Origin: a virus | Taxonomy: Duplodnaviria > Heunggongvirae > Uroviricota > Caudoviricetes | IMG/VR virus record: IMGVR_UViG_2703719354_000025 | Direction: 5' to 3' (one strand) | DNA length: 38,744 nt | In this document: in pieces, positions 26,781-37,277 of the stretch | Layout: each line of letters starts with the position of its first letter | Position numbering within the stretch: the stretch's first letter is position 1 | Notes under the pieces: model-generated | Told to the model about the DNA's origin: nothing | The model's database searches: none | Seen by the model: the letters and a program-made list of their open reading frames with translations, nothing else | Made by a program: the position numbers and the translations under genes

Positions 26781-27100
26781 TTGAGCTTGTACTTAAAAAA
26801 CCGATCATCGCCCACAAAGAAACACTGCATGTGCTGGAAATACGTGAGCCTACGTATGACGAGATTGAGGCGCTGGGGTTCCCTTTCTCTGTTTCACCTG
26901 ATGGTGGTATGAAAATGGACAGTCAGGTAGCGCTGAAATATATCCCGCTTCTGGCCGGGATCCCGCGCTCGTCTGCAGCGCAGATGACGAAGCTGGATAT
27001 TTTCAAGGCAGGCATGATTGTAATGCGTTTTTTTACCGGCTTGGAGACGGAAGAGACCTCCGGAAGCGATTCTACAATGTCGCGTGGTTCTGGAAATTAA
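26777..27100 (+). CDS. tail assembly chaperone (G-like), frame-0 product
   Basis: 107 aa directly upstream of the tape measure gene. Confidence 0.75.
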   Translation: MIELVLKKPIIAHKETLHVLEIREPTYDEIEALGFPFSVSPDGGMKMDSQVALKYIPLLAGIPRSSAAQMTKLDIFKAGMIVMRFFTGLETEETSGSDSTMSRGSGN

Positions 27101-27189
27101 ACCCCCTTGAACTTCGCCGGACGGCTATTTCCCACTTTGCTGATCTGGAGGCAGAGGCTGTCCGTATAAATGAGGAGATGAAGCATGGC
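27028..27189 (+). other. candidate programmed -1 frameshift site and extension (GT-like product)
   Basis: Slippery heptamer T_TTT_TTT at 27028-27034 in frame 0 of the chaperone. The -1 frame is open from there to TGA at 27187-27189 (...FFYRLGDGRDLRKRFYNVAWFWKLNPLELRRTAISHFADLEAEAVRINEEMKHG), overlapping the tape-measure start. Confidence 0.5.
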
Positions 27190-29092
27190 TGATAATTTTC
27201 AGCTGAAAGCCATCATCACCGCTGTTGACAGGCTGTCCGGCCCGCTTAAAGGTATGCAGCGTCAGCTTAAGGGATTTCAGAAAGAAGTCTCCAGCCTTGC
27301 TCTGGGCGCTGCCGGGGCGGGTACTGCAATAATGGGGGCACTGGCACTCCCTGTAAAATCAGCCATCACCCTTGAATCGAAGATGGCTGATGTCCGCAAA
27401 GTGGTGGACGGTCTGGATACGCCGGATGCGTTTAAGGCCATGACGGAGCAGGTACGCGCTTTGTCTACTGAGCTTCCCATGTCTGCAGACGGGATCGCGG
27501 AAATTGTGGCGGCTGGCGGTCAGGCCGGGATTGCACGTGATGAACTGATGCAGTTTGCCACTGATGCGGTGAAGATGGGCGTGGCCTTTGATACCACGGC
27601 TGAAGAGTCCGGGCAGATGATGGCCCAGTGGCGTACTGCGTTTAATATGACGCAGGATGAAGTGGCCGGGCTGGCTGACAAAATCAACTACCTTGGTAAT
27701 ACCGGCCCGGCGAACGCGAAGAAAATCTCCGATATTGTTACGCGTATTGGTCCTTTAGGTGGTGTTGCAGGTGTGGCTTCCGGCGAAATCGCGGCAATGG
27801 GGGCAACCATTGCCGGGATGGGCGTGGAGTCAGAAATTGCCGCCACAGGGATCAAGAACTTCATGATTTCCCTGACCGCGGGAAATTCTGCGACAAAATC
27901 GCAGAAACAGGCATTGCGTTTTCTGCGGATCAATCCGAAGAAATTAGCTGCTGATATGCAGAAAGATGCCCGGGGCACCATGCTGTCTGTACTGGATGCG
28001 ATGGCTAAAGTGCCTAAAGAAAAACAGGCAGCTGTGCTGAATGCCCTGTTCGGGAAAGAGTCTCTGGGCGCGATAGCACCTCTGCTGACTAACCTTGATT
28101 TGTTGCGTACCAACTTCAGGCGGGTTGCGGATTCCCAGCAGTATGGCAGTTCGATGCAGAAGGAATATGCTTCGAGGGCAGCGACGACGGAAAACCAGCT
28201 TTTACTTCTGCAAAATCAACTTGATGCCATTTCTTCCACGCTGGGGGAAACGTTTCTTCCTGAGGTTAATGATGGTCTTGAAGCGGTAAAACCGCTCCTT
28301 GAGGAAGTGAGAACGTTTGTCCGTGAAAACCCGGAGCTCGTTAAGACCATTGCTAAAATCGGTCTGGCTTTACTGACAGTGGGGGCCGCTGCAGGCTCTT
28401 TGTCCAGAATCATGAAAATTCTCGGCGGTGTGATGAATATGACGCCTGCTAAGGGGCTGATTGCTCTTCTGGTTGGTGGCGCTTACCTCATTATTGATAA
28501 TTGGGAAACCGTAGGCCCTGTCATAAAAAAAGTCTGGCACGTGGTGGATGAAACGGCGCAGGTGATGGGGGGATGGGAAACTGTTCTGAAAGCGATTGCC
28601 CTGTTTATGGCAACCAAATGGGTTGCTGACGTTACCAAATCCATTACCGCAGTGACCAGAGAGATGCGTACGCTGGGGAAGGTATCGGCAGAAACGGGAT
28701 TGATGGGGAAAGGCCGCGGCTTTATCGGGAAGGCCGGGGTATATGGTTTTTTGGGAACCCTGATGTATGAGCCGGTTAAAGATACTCTGGAAAGTGTTGT
28801 TCCTGAAGATACGGTTAACTGGCTGGATAATAAAGGGCTGTTTCTGGCTTCAGACTGGACGCCTTTTTTTGATCGTAAAGAGTACGAGCAGTATCAGGCC
28901 AGCCTGAGCCAGTACAAACCCAATGTTCCGCTGTTGAATCCATCTTCTTCCATGACACAGCACAGCGAGCTGAAAGTCACGTTCGAGAATGCTCCGCCAG
29001 GTATGAAGATAATTGATGTACCGGGCAAAGCCGATCCCCTGATGAAAATCACGCACGATGTGGGGTATTCCCCTTTTCGTTTTCCACGATAA
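27185..29092 (+). CDS. tail tape measure protein
   Basis: 635 aa, Ala/Gly-rich helical protein with hydrophobic central segments, after the chaperone. Confidence 0.9.
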   Translation: MADNFQLKAIITAVDRLSGPLKGMQRQLKGFQKEVSSLALGAAGAGTAIMGALALPVKSAITLESKMADVRKVVDGLDTPDAFKAMTEQVRALSTELPMSADGIAEIVAAGGQAGIARDELMQFATDAVKMGVAFDTTAEESGQMMAQWRTAFNMTQDEVAGLADKINYLGNTGPANAKKISDIVTRIGPLGGVAGVASGEIAAMGATIAGMGVESEIAATGIKNFMISLTAGNSATKSQKQALRFLRINPKKLAADMQKDARGTMLSVLDAMAKVPKEKQAAVLNALFGKESLGAIAPLLTNLDLLRTNFRRVADSQQYGSSMQKEYASRAATTENQLLLLQNQLDAISSTLGETFLPEVNDGLEAVKPLLEEVRTFVRENPELVKTIAKIGLALLTVGAAAGSLSRIMKILGGVMNMTPAKGLIALLVGGAYLIIDNWETVGPVIKKVWHVVDETAQVMGGWETVLKAIALFMATKWVADVTKSITAVTREMRTLGKVSAETGLMGKGRGFIGKAGVYGFLGTLMYEPVKDTLESVVPEDTVNWLDNKGLFLASDWTPFFDRKEYEQYQASLSQYKPNVPLLNPSSSMTQHSELKVTFENAPPGMKIIDVPGKADPLMKITHDVGYSPFRFPR

Positions 29093-29116
29093 CGCAGTCC
29101 TTTTTGAGGTCAGTCT

Positions 29117-30493
29117 ATGGATTTATCCTCATTTCCCACCCGACCTTCATTACTTTCGTCGTCTTCAGGCTGGCGTGACAGACTTCAGGACGCGTCATTT
29201 CGCGGTGTGCCGTTTAAGGTTGAAGAAGAAAGTGCGGGAACCGGTCGCCGTGTGGAAACACATGAATACCCGAACCGCGACAAGCCCTATACCGAAGATC
29301 TGGGAAAAGTCACTTTCCGCCCGTCCATCACAGCTTATGTAGTGGGAGATGACTGCTTTGACCAGCGCGATCGCCTGATTGAAGCGCTGAATAAACCCGG
29401 TCCCGGCACGCTTGTCCACCCGACATACGGTGAGCTGAAAGTCTGTGTTGACGGGGAAGTTCGGGTCAGCACATCGAAAAGTGAAGGGCGTATTGTCCGC
29501 TTTGACCTGAAGTTTGTCGAAGCAGGAGAACTCTCTTACCCCACATCAGGTGCGGCGACGGCGCAGACGCTGATGTCATCCTGTTCTGCACTGGATGACT
29601 GCATCAGTGACAGCTTCAGCGGTTTCAGTATCGATGGTGTGGCGGATTTCGTGCAGAACGACGTTATCGGTAATGCCAGCACAATGCTTGGGTATGTTTC
29701 TGATGCGATGAAAGTGGTGGATTCTGCCGTATCGGATGCCGCCAGGCTGTTGCAGGGGGATATCTCGGTACTTCTGCCGCCGCCATCGTCAGGCAAAAAT
29801 TTCGTTGAGCAGGTGCAGAAAATGTGGCGTACCGGGAAACGCCTTTATGGTAACGCCAGCGACCTGGTCACCATGATCAAAACGCTTTCCGGTGTCAGCC
29901 TCGGCAGCGATCTGCAACCGCGCGGCGTCTGGAAAACGGACAGTAAAACCACCGCCACGGCGACGCAGCAGCGTAACGTGGTTGCCAGCACCCTTCGTAC
30001 GACCGCAATCAGCGAAGCGGCGTATGCCGTCACCCGATTGCCTGCGCCAACAACTTCCGCGGTGATGCAGAATTCCGCAGTGGGGCAGGCAACAACACCC
30101 GCGCAGAGCACTGGCTGGCCTTCCGTCACGCATCCGGCACTGAACAATGCACCGGCGGTGAAAAACACGGTTGACCTGCCGACGTGGGAAGAACTGACTG
30201 ACATTCGCGACACACTGAATACGGCAATTGATAAGGAGTTGTCCCGTACAACCAGTGATGCGCTGTTTCTGGCGCTGCGCCGGGTGAAAGCAGATCTGAA
30301 TGCGGATATCAACACGCGCCTTGAACAGTCTGCACGGATCATTCAGCGCACACCGGATGAGGTTTTACCCGCGCTGGTGCTGGCGGCGACCTGGTTTGAT
30401 AACGCGGCGCGTGACGCGGACATTATCCGGCGTAATGCCATTACGCATCCCGGCTTTGTGCCGGTGATCCCTCTGAAGGTGCCAGTGCAATGA
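29117..30493 (+). CDS. DNA circularisation protein (Mu gpN-like)
   Basis: 458 aa, position and Mu-like order. Confidence 0.75.
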   Translation: MDLSSFPTRPSLLSSSSGWRDRLQDASFRGVPFKVEEESAGTGRRVETHEYPNRDKPYTEDLGKVTFRPSITAYVVGDDCFDQRDRLIEALNKPGPGTLVHPTYGELKVCVDGEVRVSTSKSEGRIVRFDLKFVEAGELSYPTSGAATAQTLMSSCSALDDCISDSFSGFSIDGVADFVQNDVIGNASTMLGYVSDAMKVVDSAVSDAARLLQGDISVLLPPPSSGKNFVEQVQKMWRTGKRLYGNASDLVTMIKTLSGVSLGSDLQPRGVWKTDSKTTATATQQRNVVASTLRTTAISEAAYAVTRLPAPTTSAVMQNSAVGQATTPAQSTGWPSVTHPALNNAPAVKNTVDLPTWEELTDIRDTLNTAIDKELSRTTSDALFLALRRVKADLNADINTRLEQSARIIQRTPDEVLPALVLAATWFDNAARDADIIRRNAITHPGFVPVIPLKVPVQ

Positions 30494-31569
30494 ACGACAA
30501 TGTCACGCTACGGGTAAATGGCCGGGAGTGGAATGGCTGGACATCGGTGCGCATCGGTGCCGGTATTGAACGGCTGGCGCGGGATTTCAGTGTGGAGATC
30601 ACTCGCCAGTGGCCGGGAGATGAGGGTATCACCACGCTTCAGCCGCGCATTAAAAACGGTTCAAAAGTGGAAGTGCTGATTGGTGATGAGCTGGTGATCA
30701 CCGGCTGGGTGGAGGCGACTCCCGTTCGTTACGATGCCCGTTCGGTCAGCACCGGTATTGCCGGACGTAGTCTGACGGCTGACCTGATTGACTGTGCAGC
30801 CGAACCGACACAGTTTAACGGACGCTCGCTGGTGCAGATTGCGCAGGCGCTTGCTGCGCCTTTCGGCATTGAGGTGGTGAACAGCGGTGCGCCATCGGGT
30901 GTTATTCCTGATGTTCAGCCTGATCACGGTGAAACGGTGATTGAGGTAATCAACAAAATACTCGGTCAGCAGCAGGCGCTGGCTTACGACGACCCGCACG
31001 GCAGGCTGGTGATTGGCGGTATTGGCTCAACGCGGGCACATACCGCGCTGGTACTTGGGGAAAACATCCTTTCCTGTGATACGGAGAAGAGTATCCGGGA
31101 GCGGTTTTCTGTTTACCAGGTGGCGGGGCAGCGTGCCGGAAACGACGATGATTTCGGTGAGGCCACCACCACCGCGCTGCGGGCCCGCACAGAGGACGCA
31201 TTTATTGCCCGTTACCGTCCGATGTATATCAGGCAGACAGGGCAGGCTACGGGGGCAGGCTGTATTGCCCGTGCGGACTTTGAAGCCCGACAACGGGCGG
31301 CGCGGACGGATGAAACCACCTATGTGGTGCAGGGCTGGCGACAGGGTAACGGTACGCTGTGGCAGCCCAACCAGCGGGTGATTGTCTTCGATCCGGTCTG
31401 TGGTTTCGACAATACCGAACTGCTTGTCTCGGAAGTCACGTTTACTCAGGACCAGAACGGCACCCTGACGGAAATCCGTGTCGGCCCGCCTGATGCTTAT
31501 CTGCCTGAACCCGAAGCTCCCGGCGCGCGGAAAAAGAAAAAAGCCAGAGTACAGGAGGACCCGTTCTGA
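30490..31569 (+). CDS. baseplate hub protein (Mu gpP-like)
   Basis: 359 aa, position and Mu-like order. Confidence 0.75.
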   Translation: MNDNVTLRVNGREWNGWTSVRIGAGIERLARDFSVEITRQWPGDEGITTLQPRIKNGSKVEVLIGDELVITGWVEATPVRYDARSVSTGIAGRSLTADLIDCAAEPTQFNGRSLVQIAQALAAPFGIEVVNSGAPSGVIPDVQPDHGETVIEVINKILGQQQALAYDDPHGRLVIGGIGSTRAHTALVLGENILSCDTEKSIRERFSVYQVAGQRAGNDDDFGEATTTALRARTEDAFIARYRPMYIRQTGQATGAGCIARADFEARQRAARTDETTYVVQGWRQGNGTLWQPNQRVIVFDPVCGFDNTELLVSEVTFTQDQNGTLTEIRVGPPDAYLPEPEAPGARKKKKARVQEDPF

Positions 31570-32117
31570 TGAGAACGATTGAAGCCATGCAGCGACAACT
31601 TCTCGGCCTGATTGGGCGGGCAGTGGTGAAAAGCATCAGTGCCGCCACGAAATGCCAGACCGTGGATGTGTCCCTGATTGCCGGTGAACCCAAAGCCGGG
31701 GTTGAACATCTTGAACCCTATGGTTTTACCGCAAGGGCAAACAGCGGTGCGGAAGCGGTGGTGTTGTTTCCGGATGGCGACCGTTCTCATGCGGTGGTTG
31801 TTACGGTGTCGGACCGGCGCTACCGCCTGAAAGGGCTGCAGACGGGTGAGGTGGCTGTCTATGACGATCAGGGGCAGTCCGTGACGCTGACCCGGGAGGG
31901 GATCGTGGTGGACGGTGCAGGTAAAACGATCACGTTTCGCAATTCACCTAAAGCACGTTTTGAAATGGACCTGGAAGTGACCGGACAGGTGAAAGACCTG
32001 TGCGACTCCGGCGGCACCACCATGTCAGCGATGCGGCTTGCCTATAACGGGCATCGTCACAGAGAGAACGGGCAGGGCAGTAACACCGACAAACCTGATA
32101 AAGCGATGGAGGCATGA
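31569..32117 (+). CDS. baseplate assembly protein V / spike (Mu gp45-like)
   Basis: 182 aa, position and Mu-like order. Confidence 0.75.
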   Translation: MRTIEAMQRQLLGLIGRAVVKSISAATKCQTVDVSLIAGEPKAGVEHLEPYGFTARANSGAEAVVLFPDGDRSHAVVVTVSDRRYRLKGLQTGEVAVYDDQGQSVTLTREGIVVDGAGKTITFRNSPKARFEMDLEVTGQVKDLCDSGGTTMSAMRLAYNGHRHRENGQGSNTDKPDKAMEA

Positions 32118-32542
32118 TGGAACTGTGGCTGACGGTGAACGGTAAACGCACCTGCGCCAGCGCACCGCTGGATCCGCTGACCCGCGCCGTGGTGATTTCC
32201 CTGTTTACCTGGCGGCGGGCGGAGCCTGATGACAACGCCGACGTCCCGATGGGATGGTGGGGGGATACCTGGCCTGCGGTACAGAATGACCGTTACGGCT
32301 CCCGACTGTGGCTGCTTCAGCGCAGCAAACTGACCAATCAGCTGGTGCAGACGGTAAGGGGGTATATCCGCGAATGCCTGCAATGGATGATTGATGACGG
32401 CGTGGTGTCCCGTATTGATCTGGATATCCGCCGTACCGGGATTAATGAACTGGGTAACAGTATCACTCTCTGGCGTCGTGACGGACCGGTAATGATTTCT
32501 TTTGATGATCTGTGGAGTGCGATAACGCATGGCGGACAGTGA
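32114..32542 (+). CDS. baseplate protein, GP46 family
   Basis: 142 aa, position and Mu-like order. Confidence 0.75.
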   Translation: MMELWLTVNGKRTCASAPLDPLTRAVVISLFTWRRAEPDDNADVPMGWWGDTWPAVQNDRYGSRLWLLQRSKLTNQLVQTVRGYIRECLQWMIDDGVVSRIDLDIRRTGINELGNSITLWRRDGPVMISFDDLWSAITHGGQ

Positions 32543-33587
32543 ATTTCAGCGCCCGACGCTGGCAGAAAATATCAGTATGCTCCGTAACGATTTATTCGCC
32601 AGGCTGGACGTCAGCAACACGCTCCGGCGCATGGATGAAGACGTGCGGGCAAAGGTGTATGCGGCGGCGCTGCATACGGTCTACGGGTACATCGATTATC
32701 TGGCAATGAATATGCTGCCTGACCTGTGCGATGAGTCCTGGCTGGCGCGACATGCTGCGATGAAACGGTGTCCGCGCAAGGGGGCCACGGCTGCCAGCGG
32801 GTATATGCGCTGGGAAGGTGTCAGCGATGGCCTGAAGGTGACCGCCGGGAGCGTGATTCAGCGCGATGACCTGGTTCAGTACACGGCAACTGCTGATGCA
32901 ACCAGCTCCGGTGGTGTCCTGCGCGTGCCGATCACTTGCTCAAGTGCAGGCGCGGTCGGTAACGCTGACGACGGTACGGCATTAATCCTGGTCACGCCGG
33001 TGAATGGTCTGCCGTCTTCCGGTGTTGCAGATACCCTGACTGGCGGATTCGATACTGAAGATCTGGAAACGTGGCGCGCCCGCGTCATTGAGCGGTATTA
33101 CTGGACGCCGCAGGGCGGGGCTGACGGGGACTATGTCGTCTGGGCTAAAGAAGTGCCCGGCATTACCCGCGCATGGACATACCGTCACTGGATGGGAACG
33201 GGAACTGTCGGTGTGATGATTGCCAGCAGTGACCTGATTAATCCCATTCCGGAAGAATCAACGGAAACGGCGGCAAGACAACATATCGAGCCACTGGCCC
33301 CGGTGGCAGGCTCTGATTTGTATGTGTTCAGGCCGGTGGCACATACGGTGGATTTTCATATCCGTGTGACGCCGGACACACCGGAAATACGGGCTGCCAT
33401 CACCGCGGAGTTGCGTTCGTTCCTGCTGCGTGATGGTTATCCGCAGGGAGAACTGAAGGTATCGCGTATCAGTGAGGCGATTTCCGGTGCGAACGGGGAA
33501 TACAGCCATCAGTTGTTTGCACCGGCAGACAATATCTCCATTGCAAAAAATGAACTGGCGGTACTGGGGACGATTTCATGGACGTGA
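32529..33587 (+). CDS. baseplate J-like protein (Mu gp47-like)
   Basis: 352 aa, position and Mu-like order. Confidence 0.8.
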   Translation: MADSEFQRPTLAENISMLRNDLFARLDVSNTLRRMDEDVRAKVYAAALHTVYGYIDYLAMNMLPDLCDESWLARHAAMKRCPRKGATAASGYMRWEGVSDGLKVTAGSVIQRDDLVQYTATADATSSGGVLRVPITCSSAGAVGNADDGTALILVTPVNGLPSSGVADTLTGGFDTEDLETWRARVIERYYWTPQGGADGDYVVWAKEVPGITRAWTYRHWMGTGTVGVMIASSDLINPIPEESTETAARQHIEPLAPVAGSDLYVFRPVAHTVDFHIRVTPDTPEIRAAITAELRSFLLRDGYPQGELKVSRISEAISGANGEYSHQLFAPADNISIAKNELAVLGTISWT

Positions 33588-34162
33588 CAAACGATGATTA
33601 CATCCGTCTGTTGTCGGCACTGTTGCCCCCCGGTCCGGCGTGGTCAGCCAGCGATCCGGCGATTGCCGGTGCGGCACCGTCATTAACCCGCGTTCATCAG
33701 CGTGCGGATGCCCTGATGCGGGAGCTGGATCCGCGCACCACCACTGAACTGATAAACCGCTGGGAGCGTCTGTGCGGCCTGCCGGATGAATGTATTCCTA
33801 CAGGGACACAGACCCTTCGCCAGCGTCAGCAACGGCTGGATGCGAAGATTAATCTGGCGGGCGGCATTAATGAGGATTTTTACCTTGCACAGCTTGCTGC
33901 CCTGGGCAGACCAGACGCCACCATCACGCGATACGATAAAAGCACGTTCACCTGCTCATCTGCCTGTACTGACGCGGTGAATGCGCCGGAATGGCGGTAT
34001 TACTGGCAGGTCAACATGCCAGCCGCCACCAACACCACCTGGATGACATGTGGCGATCCCTGTGATTCCGCACTGCGTATCTGGGGCGACACCGTTGTCG
34101 AGTGTGTGCTTAACAAACTCTGCCCTTCGCATACCTACGTAATTTTTAAATATCCGGAGTAA
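33578..34162 (+). CDS. tail protein, DUF2313 / YmfQ-like (Mu gp48-like)
   Basis: 194 aa, position and Mu-like order. Confidence 0.75.
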   Translation: MDVTNDDYIRLLSALLPPGPAWSASDPAIAGAAPSLTRVHQRADALMRELDPRTTTELINRWERLCGLPDECIPTGTQTLRQRQQRLDAKINLAGGINEDFYLAQLAALGRPDATITRYDKSTFTCSSACTDAVNAPEWRYYWQVNMPAATNTTWMTCGDPCDSALRIWGDTVVECVLNKLCPSHTYVIFKYPE

Positions 34163-34165
34163 TCC

Positions 34166-35266
34166 ATGCATCGTATAGACACGAAAACCGCGCAGAAGGA
34201 TAAGTTCGGCGCGGGTAAGAACGGTTTTACCCGTGGTAACCCCCAGACCGGCACGCCTGCCACCGATCTGGATGATGACTACTTTGACATGTTGCAGGAA
34301 GAACTCTGCAGCGTGGTGGAGGCATCCGGTGCCAGCCTGGAGAAGGGGCGGCACGATCAGCTTCTTACCGCGCTTCGTGCGCTGCTGTTAAGCCGCAAGA
34401 ATCCGTTTGGCGATATCAAATCGGATGGCACTGTGCAAACGGCTCTCGAAAACCTGGGAATGACAGACATTCTGAATGATAAACAGGATAAAAATGATAA
34501 TCTGACATCATTGTCGAGCTTAACAGGAATACCGGATGGGCTGGCATTTTTTACAGGTGCTGGAACAATGGATATGACAGCGCTGACTCAAAATGGTAGG
34601 GAAATTTTAAGTAAAAAAAACGTATCGGAAACTCTACAATATTTAACACTTGGTGATGGAACAGGAAGGCTTTTGGGGGTTCAGGTATTTGGATCATCTG
34701 GGACTTATCACAAATCACCTGGTGTAACGAAAATTATAGTGGAAGCCGTTGGCGGTGGTGGTGCCAGTGGCAATTTATCAGCAACAGCCTCAAATAACTG
34801 TGGTGTAAGTGCTGCCGGTTCCAACGGGGCATATGCTAAAGCATTTTTTTATCAGTCTATACCTGAATCCGTGCAAGTAACTATTGGAAGCGGTGGTGTA
34901 GCAGGAACAGGACCAGGAGGCTCTGGAGGTGACGGCGGGAATACAAGCTTTGGTGATTTGCTTGTATGCCCGGGAGGAAGGGGATCAACTCAAGTTCAGC
35001 AGGTACCTCCATTTTCAGGGGGAAGTGCAACAGAAGCACCAATTCCTACAGGGCAAGGGATTCTGTTCCATTCAGTTTCACGATCAAATTTATGTGGGGC
35101 ACTTGGACTTGGTGATGATCAGGCGATTGGCGTTGAAAGTATAACCACTACTATGCTTGGGACATACGGTATTGGCGGGACAGGTAAATACAATAAGGCG
35201 TCATCAGGCCCAGCGACAGGAAATAATGGAAATCAGGGATATATTCTTGTGTGGGAGTATCAGTAA
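34166..35266 (+). CDS. tail fiber protein with divergent AT-rich, Gly-rich C-terminal receptor-binding region
   Basis: Conserved fiber-type N-terminus ([46 protein letters not shown]...); base composition shifts to AT-rich at about 34500; C-terminal Gly-rich stretches ([15 protein letters not shown]). Confidence 0.8.
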   Translation: MHRIDTKTAQKDKFGAGKNGFTRGNPQTGTPATDLDDDYFDMLQEELCSVVEASGASLEKGRHDQLLTALRALLLSRKNPFGDIKSDGTVQTALENLGMTDILNDKQDKNDNLTSLSSLTGIPDGLAFFTGAGTMDMTALTQNGREILSKKNVSETLQYLTLGDGTGRLLGVQVFGSSGTYHKSPGVTKIIVEAVGGGGASGNLSATASNNCGVSAAGSNGAYAKAFFYQSIPESVQVTIGSGGVAGTGPGGSGGDGGNTSFGDLLVCPGGRGSTQVQQVPPFSGGSATEAPIPTGQGILFHSVSRSNLCGALGLGDDQAIGVESITTTMLGTYGIGGTGKYNKASSGPATGNNGNQGYILVWEYQ

Positions 35267-35445
35267 TGAGCGATATTTATGCAGTCGTACAAAATGGTGT
35301 CGTTACAAATCTTGTTGTATGGGATGGTAAGTCAGAGTTTAAGCCAGAAAAAGCGGATATAGTTAAATGTGTTGGAGATGTTGGTATTGGCTGGTCATAT
35401 GACGGTAAAAAATTCATCAAGCCTGAAGATAAAACCGCGCAATAG
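35266..35445 (+). CDS. small protein downstream of the tail fiber (59 aa)
   Basis: ATG at 35266 overlaps the fiber stop (TAATG); too short for a typical tail fiber assembly protein. Confidence 0.4.
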   Translation: MSDIYAVVQNGVVTNLVVWDGKSEFKPEKADIVKCVGDVGIGWSYDGKKFIKPEDKTAQ

Positions 35446-35456
35446 CGCGGTTTTAT

Positions 35457-36476
35457 TTATTTTACTGCTAAAATTCGTTTTCTTAGCATCAGCTCTAAAG
35501 GCTCCTCAACTAATTTATAAAGTATGATTGAGACTATGGTTATTATAACAAGGAGCGCTATTAAATAGAGTGGTCCGGGGTTATGTCCAAAGATTTTAAA
35601 GCAAAATAATATAATGGGTTGATGAATTAAATAAAAAATAAATGATGATTTCCCTAATAGCTCTAGGGTTTTTGAACTGAGGATAGTATGAATGACTCCA
35701 TTTCTTAGATAGATGCATGAAGTAAAGAATATTACCATGGGGAGTAAATAATATAACGAATAACGTAGACTATTATTTATGTTGTTGCTATAATATATAG
35801 CTATTAGCAGAGGTAATAGTGAAATTAAAAACAAAAGGCTGTCGACTGTCTGCTGTCGGCTGTTTTTCCAGCAAGCGTAAATAATCATGCCGCAAATAAA
35901 TTCTACCAAGCGGCTTACTGGGAATATATAATATAACCAGTGATTAAGTTCTTCTGTTTGTATAATTTTTAAAAAATATATAGTTAATAGTAGAGTTATA
36001 ATTGATATTGCAGTGATTACTTTCTTTGTAATTGATGTATAAATCAACGGAATAAACATTAAATAAAAAAACAGCTCATCAGACAAAGACCATGATACAC
36101 CATTTAATGAGAAGTAGTAATCCTCCTTTGGTATCCAACTTTGCATTAATAAAATATTTGTTAAGGTTTTTGAAAAATCAAAGTTCTTTAAGTGAATGGT
36201 TAGTAAAATAAATGGCATGGCTAATAATAGATGCATTGGAACAATTCTTGCCAATCTTAAAAGAATAAACTGTCTTTTACTTGTTACTTCATTTTTTAGC
36301 TTGTCTTCATATGAATATGAAAGAATGAAGCCAGATAAAATAAAGAAAAAGGAAACGCCAATAAATCCCTGGGAAAACATTTCTTTTACAAAAACACCAA
36401 AATAGTCTGTATTTAAATGGCATAAATAAACCATTAATGCAGCTATAAATCTGAGTCCTGTTAAGTGGCGAAGCAT
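35457..36476 (-). CDS. acyltransferase family 3 membrane protein (O-antigen/LPS acetyltransferase-like)
   Basis: Polytopic membrane protein with the acyltransferase-3 N-terminal pattern (RHLTGLRFIAALMVYLCHL...); start set at the ATG at 36476 with GAGG RBS (the ORF-track start at 36506 is TTG). Very AT-rich. Confidence 0.8.
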   Translation of the reverse strand: MLRHLTGLRFIAALMVYLCHLNTDYFGVFVKEMFSQGFIGVSFFFILSGFILSYSYEDKLKNEVTSKRQFILLRLARIVPMHLLLAMPFILLTIHLKNFDFSKTLTNILLMQSWIPKEDYYFSLNGVSWSLSDELFFYLMFIPLIYTSITKKVITAISIITLLLTIYFLKIIQTEELNHWLYYIFPVSRLVEFICGMIIYACWKNSRQQTVDSLLFLISLLPLLIAIYYSNNINNSLRYSLYYLLPMVIFFTSCIYLRNGVIHTILSSKTLELLGKSSFIFYLIHQPIILFCFKIFGHNPGPLYLIALLVIITIVSIILYKLVEEPLELMLRKRILAVK

Positions 36477-37212
36477 CAATAACCTCTTGTTATGAAGATA
36501 AAGCAATTCAAAAGAGGCATTTTATGACTGTAGGGGATTGGTGTCTATATGAATGAGTAATCTGGTTTTTAAAATCTTCTTTAATTACAAAATAAACCTT
36601 TCTTAGGCTATAGATTTGTGGCTGTAACACTGTGTGTCCACGACATTGAGACATCCTTCCGCTTTGCTATAGATGTGGAATTCAGGATCAAGCGATATCG
36701 GACTCATCCTCAGCACCACCCGGTTAATCTGGATAACGGGAGAAGGGAAGCGCTGCCAGAAGATGATGATGGTTACAGTTCTGCACTGGCTATTCTGCAC
36801 TGGCTATATTCGTGGTGATCACTTACATAATTAATGACGCCAGGAATACGGAGTTTGATGATTGCCTGGTGATGTGAGAAAAAACTCATACACACAAAGC
36901 TTTGAACTGGATTGCAAGGCTTTGTGCTATTCGATAGCACGAGTTTGAATGAAAATCAGCCGTTATCGATTTTACGTATTTTTGTATGAGAGGATTTTTA
37001 CCTCCTCCCACCGATCCTCCATAACTTTACGACACTGTCTCTAGGACTGCTATGTGCCAAGAGCGGAATTTTCTAATATTATGCTGCATTCGTTTAAGGG
37101 GAGCAGATCAGCTAACGACTCCTACGTCCTGGGGAAAGGTCACATATGCTAAACAGCAGCTCAGCAAAGAGAAGAGCGAATTTGGTAACGGGAAACCGTT
37201 ATGATATGAATA

Positions 37213-37240
37213 AGGCTCCCAATGGGAGCCTTATTTTTTG
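37213..37240 (+). terminator. rho-independent terminator hairpin
   Basis: AAGGCTCCC-AATG-GGAGCCTT followed by ATTTTTTGA on the plus strand; lies about 40 bp beyond the stop of the minus-strand small gene but has no T-tract in that orientation. Confidence 0.6.
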
Positions 37241-37277
37241 ATAGGGATGATGAATATTATCCGAGGCTTACTGGCTT

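Noticed and set aside
29845-31790. Minus-strand ORFs of 83-165 aa inside the DNA-circularisation and baseplate genes
   Set aside because: Antisense artefacts of GC-rich coding sequence; they overlap translationally coupled plus-strand genes.
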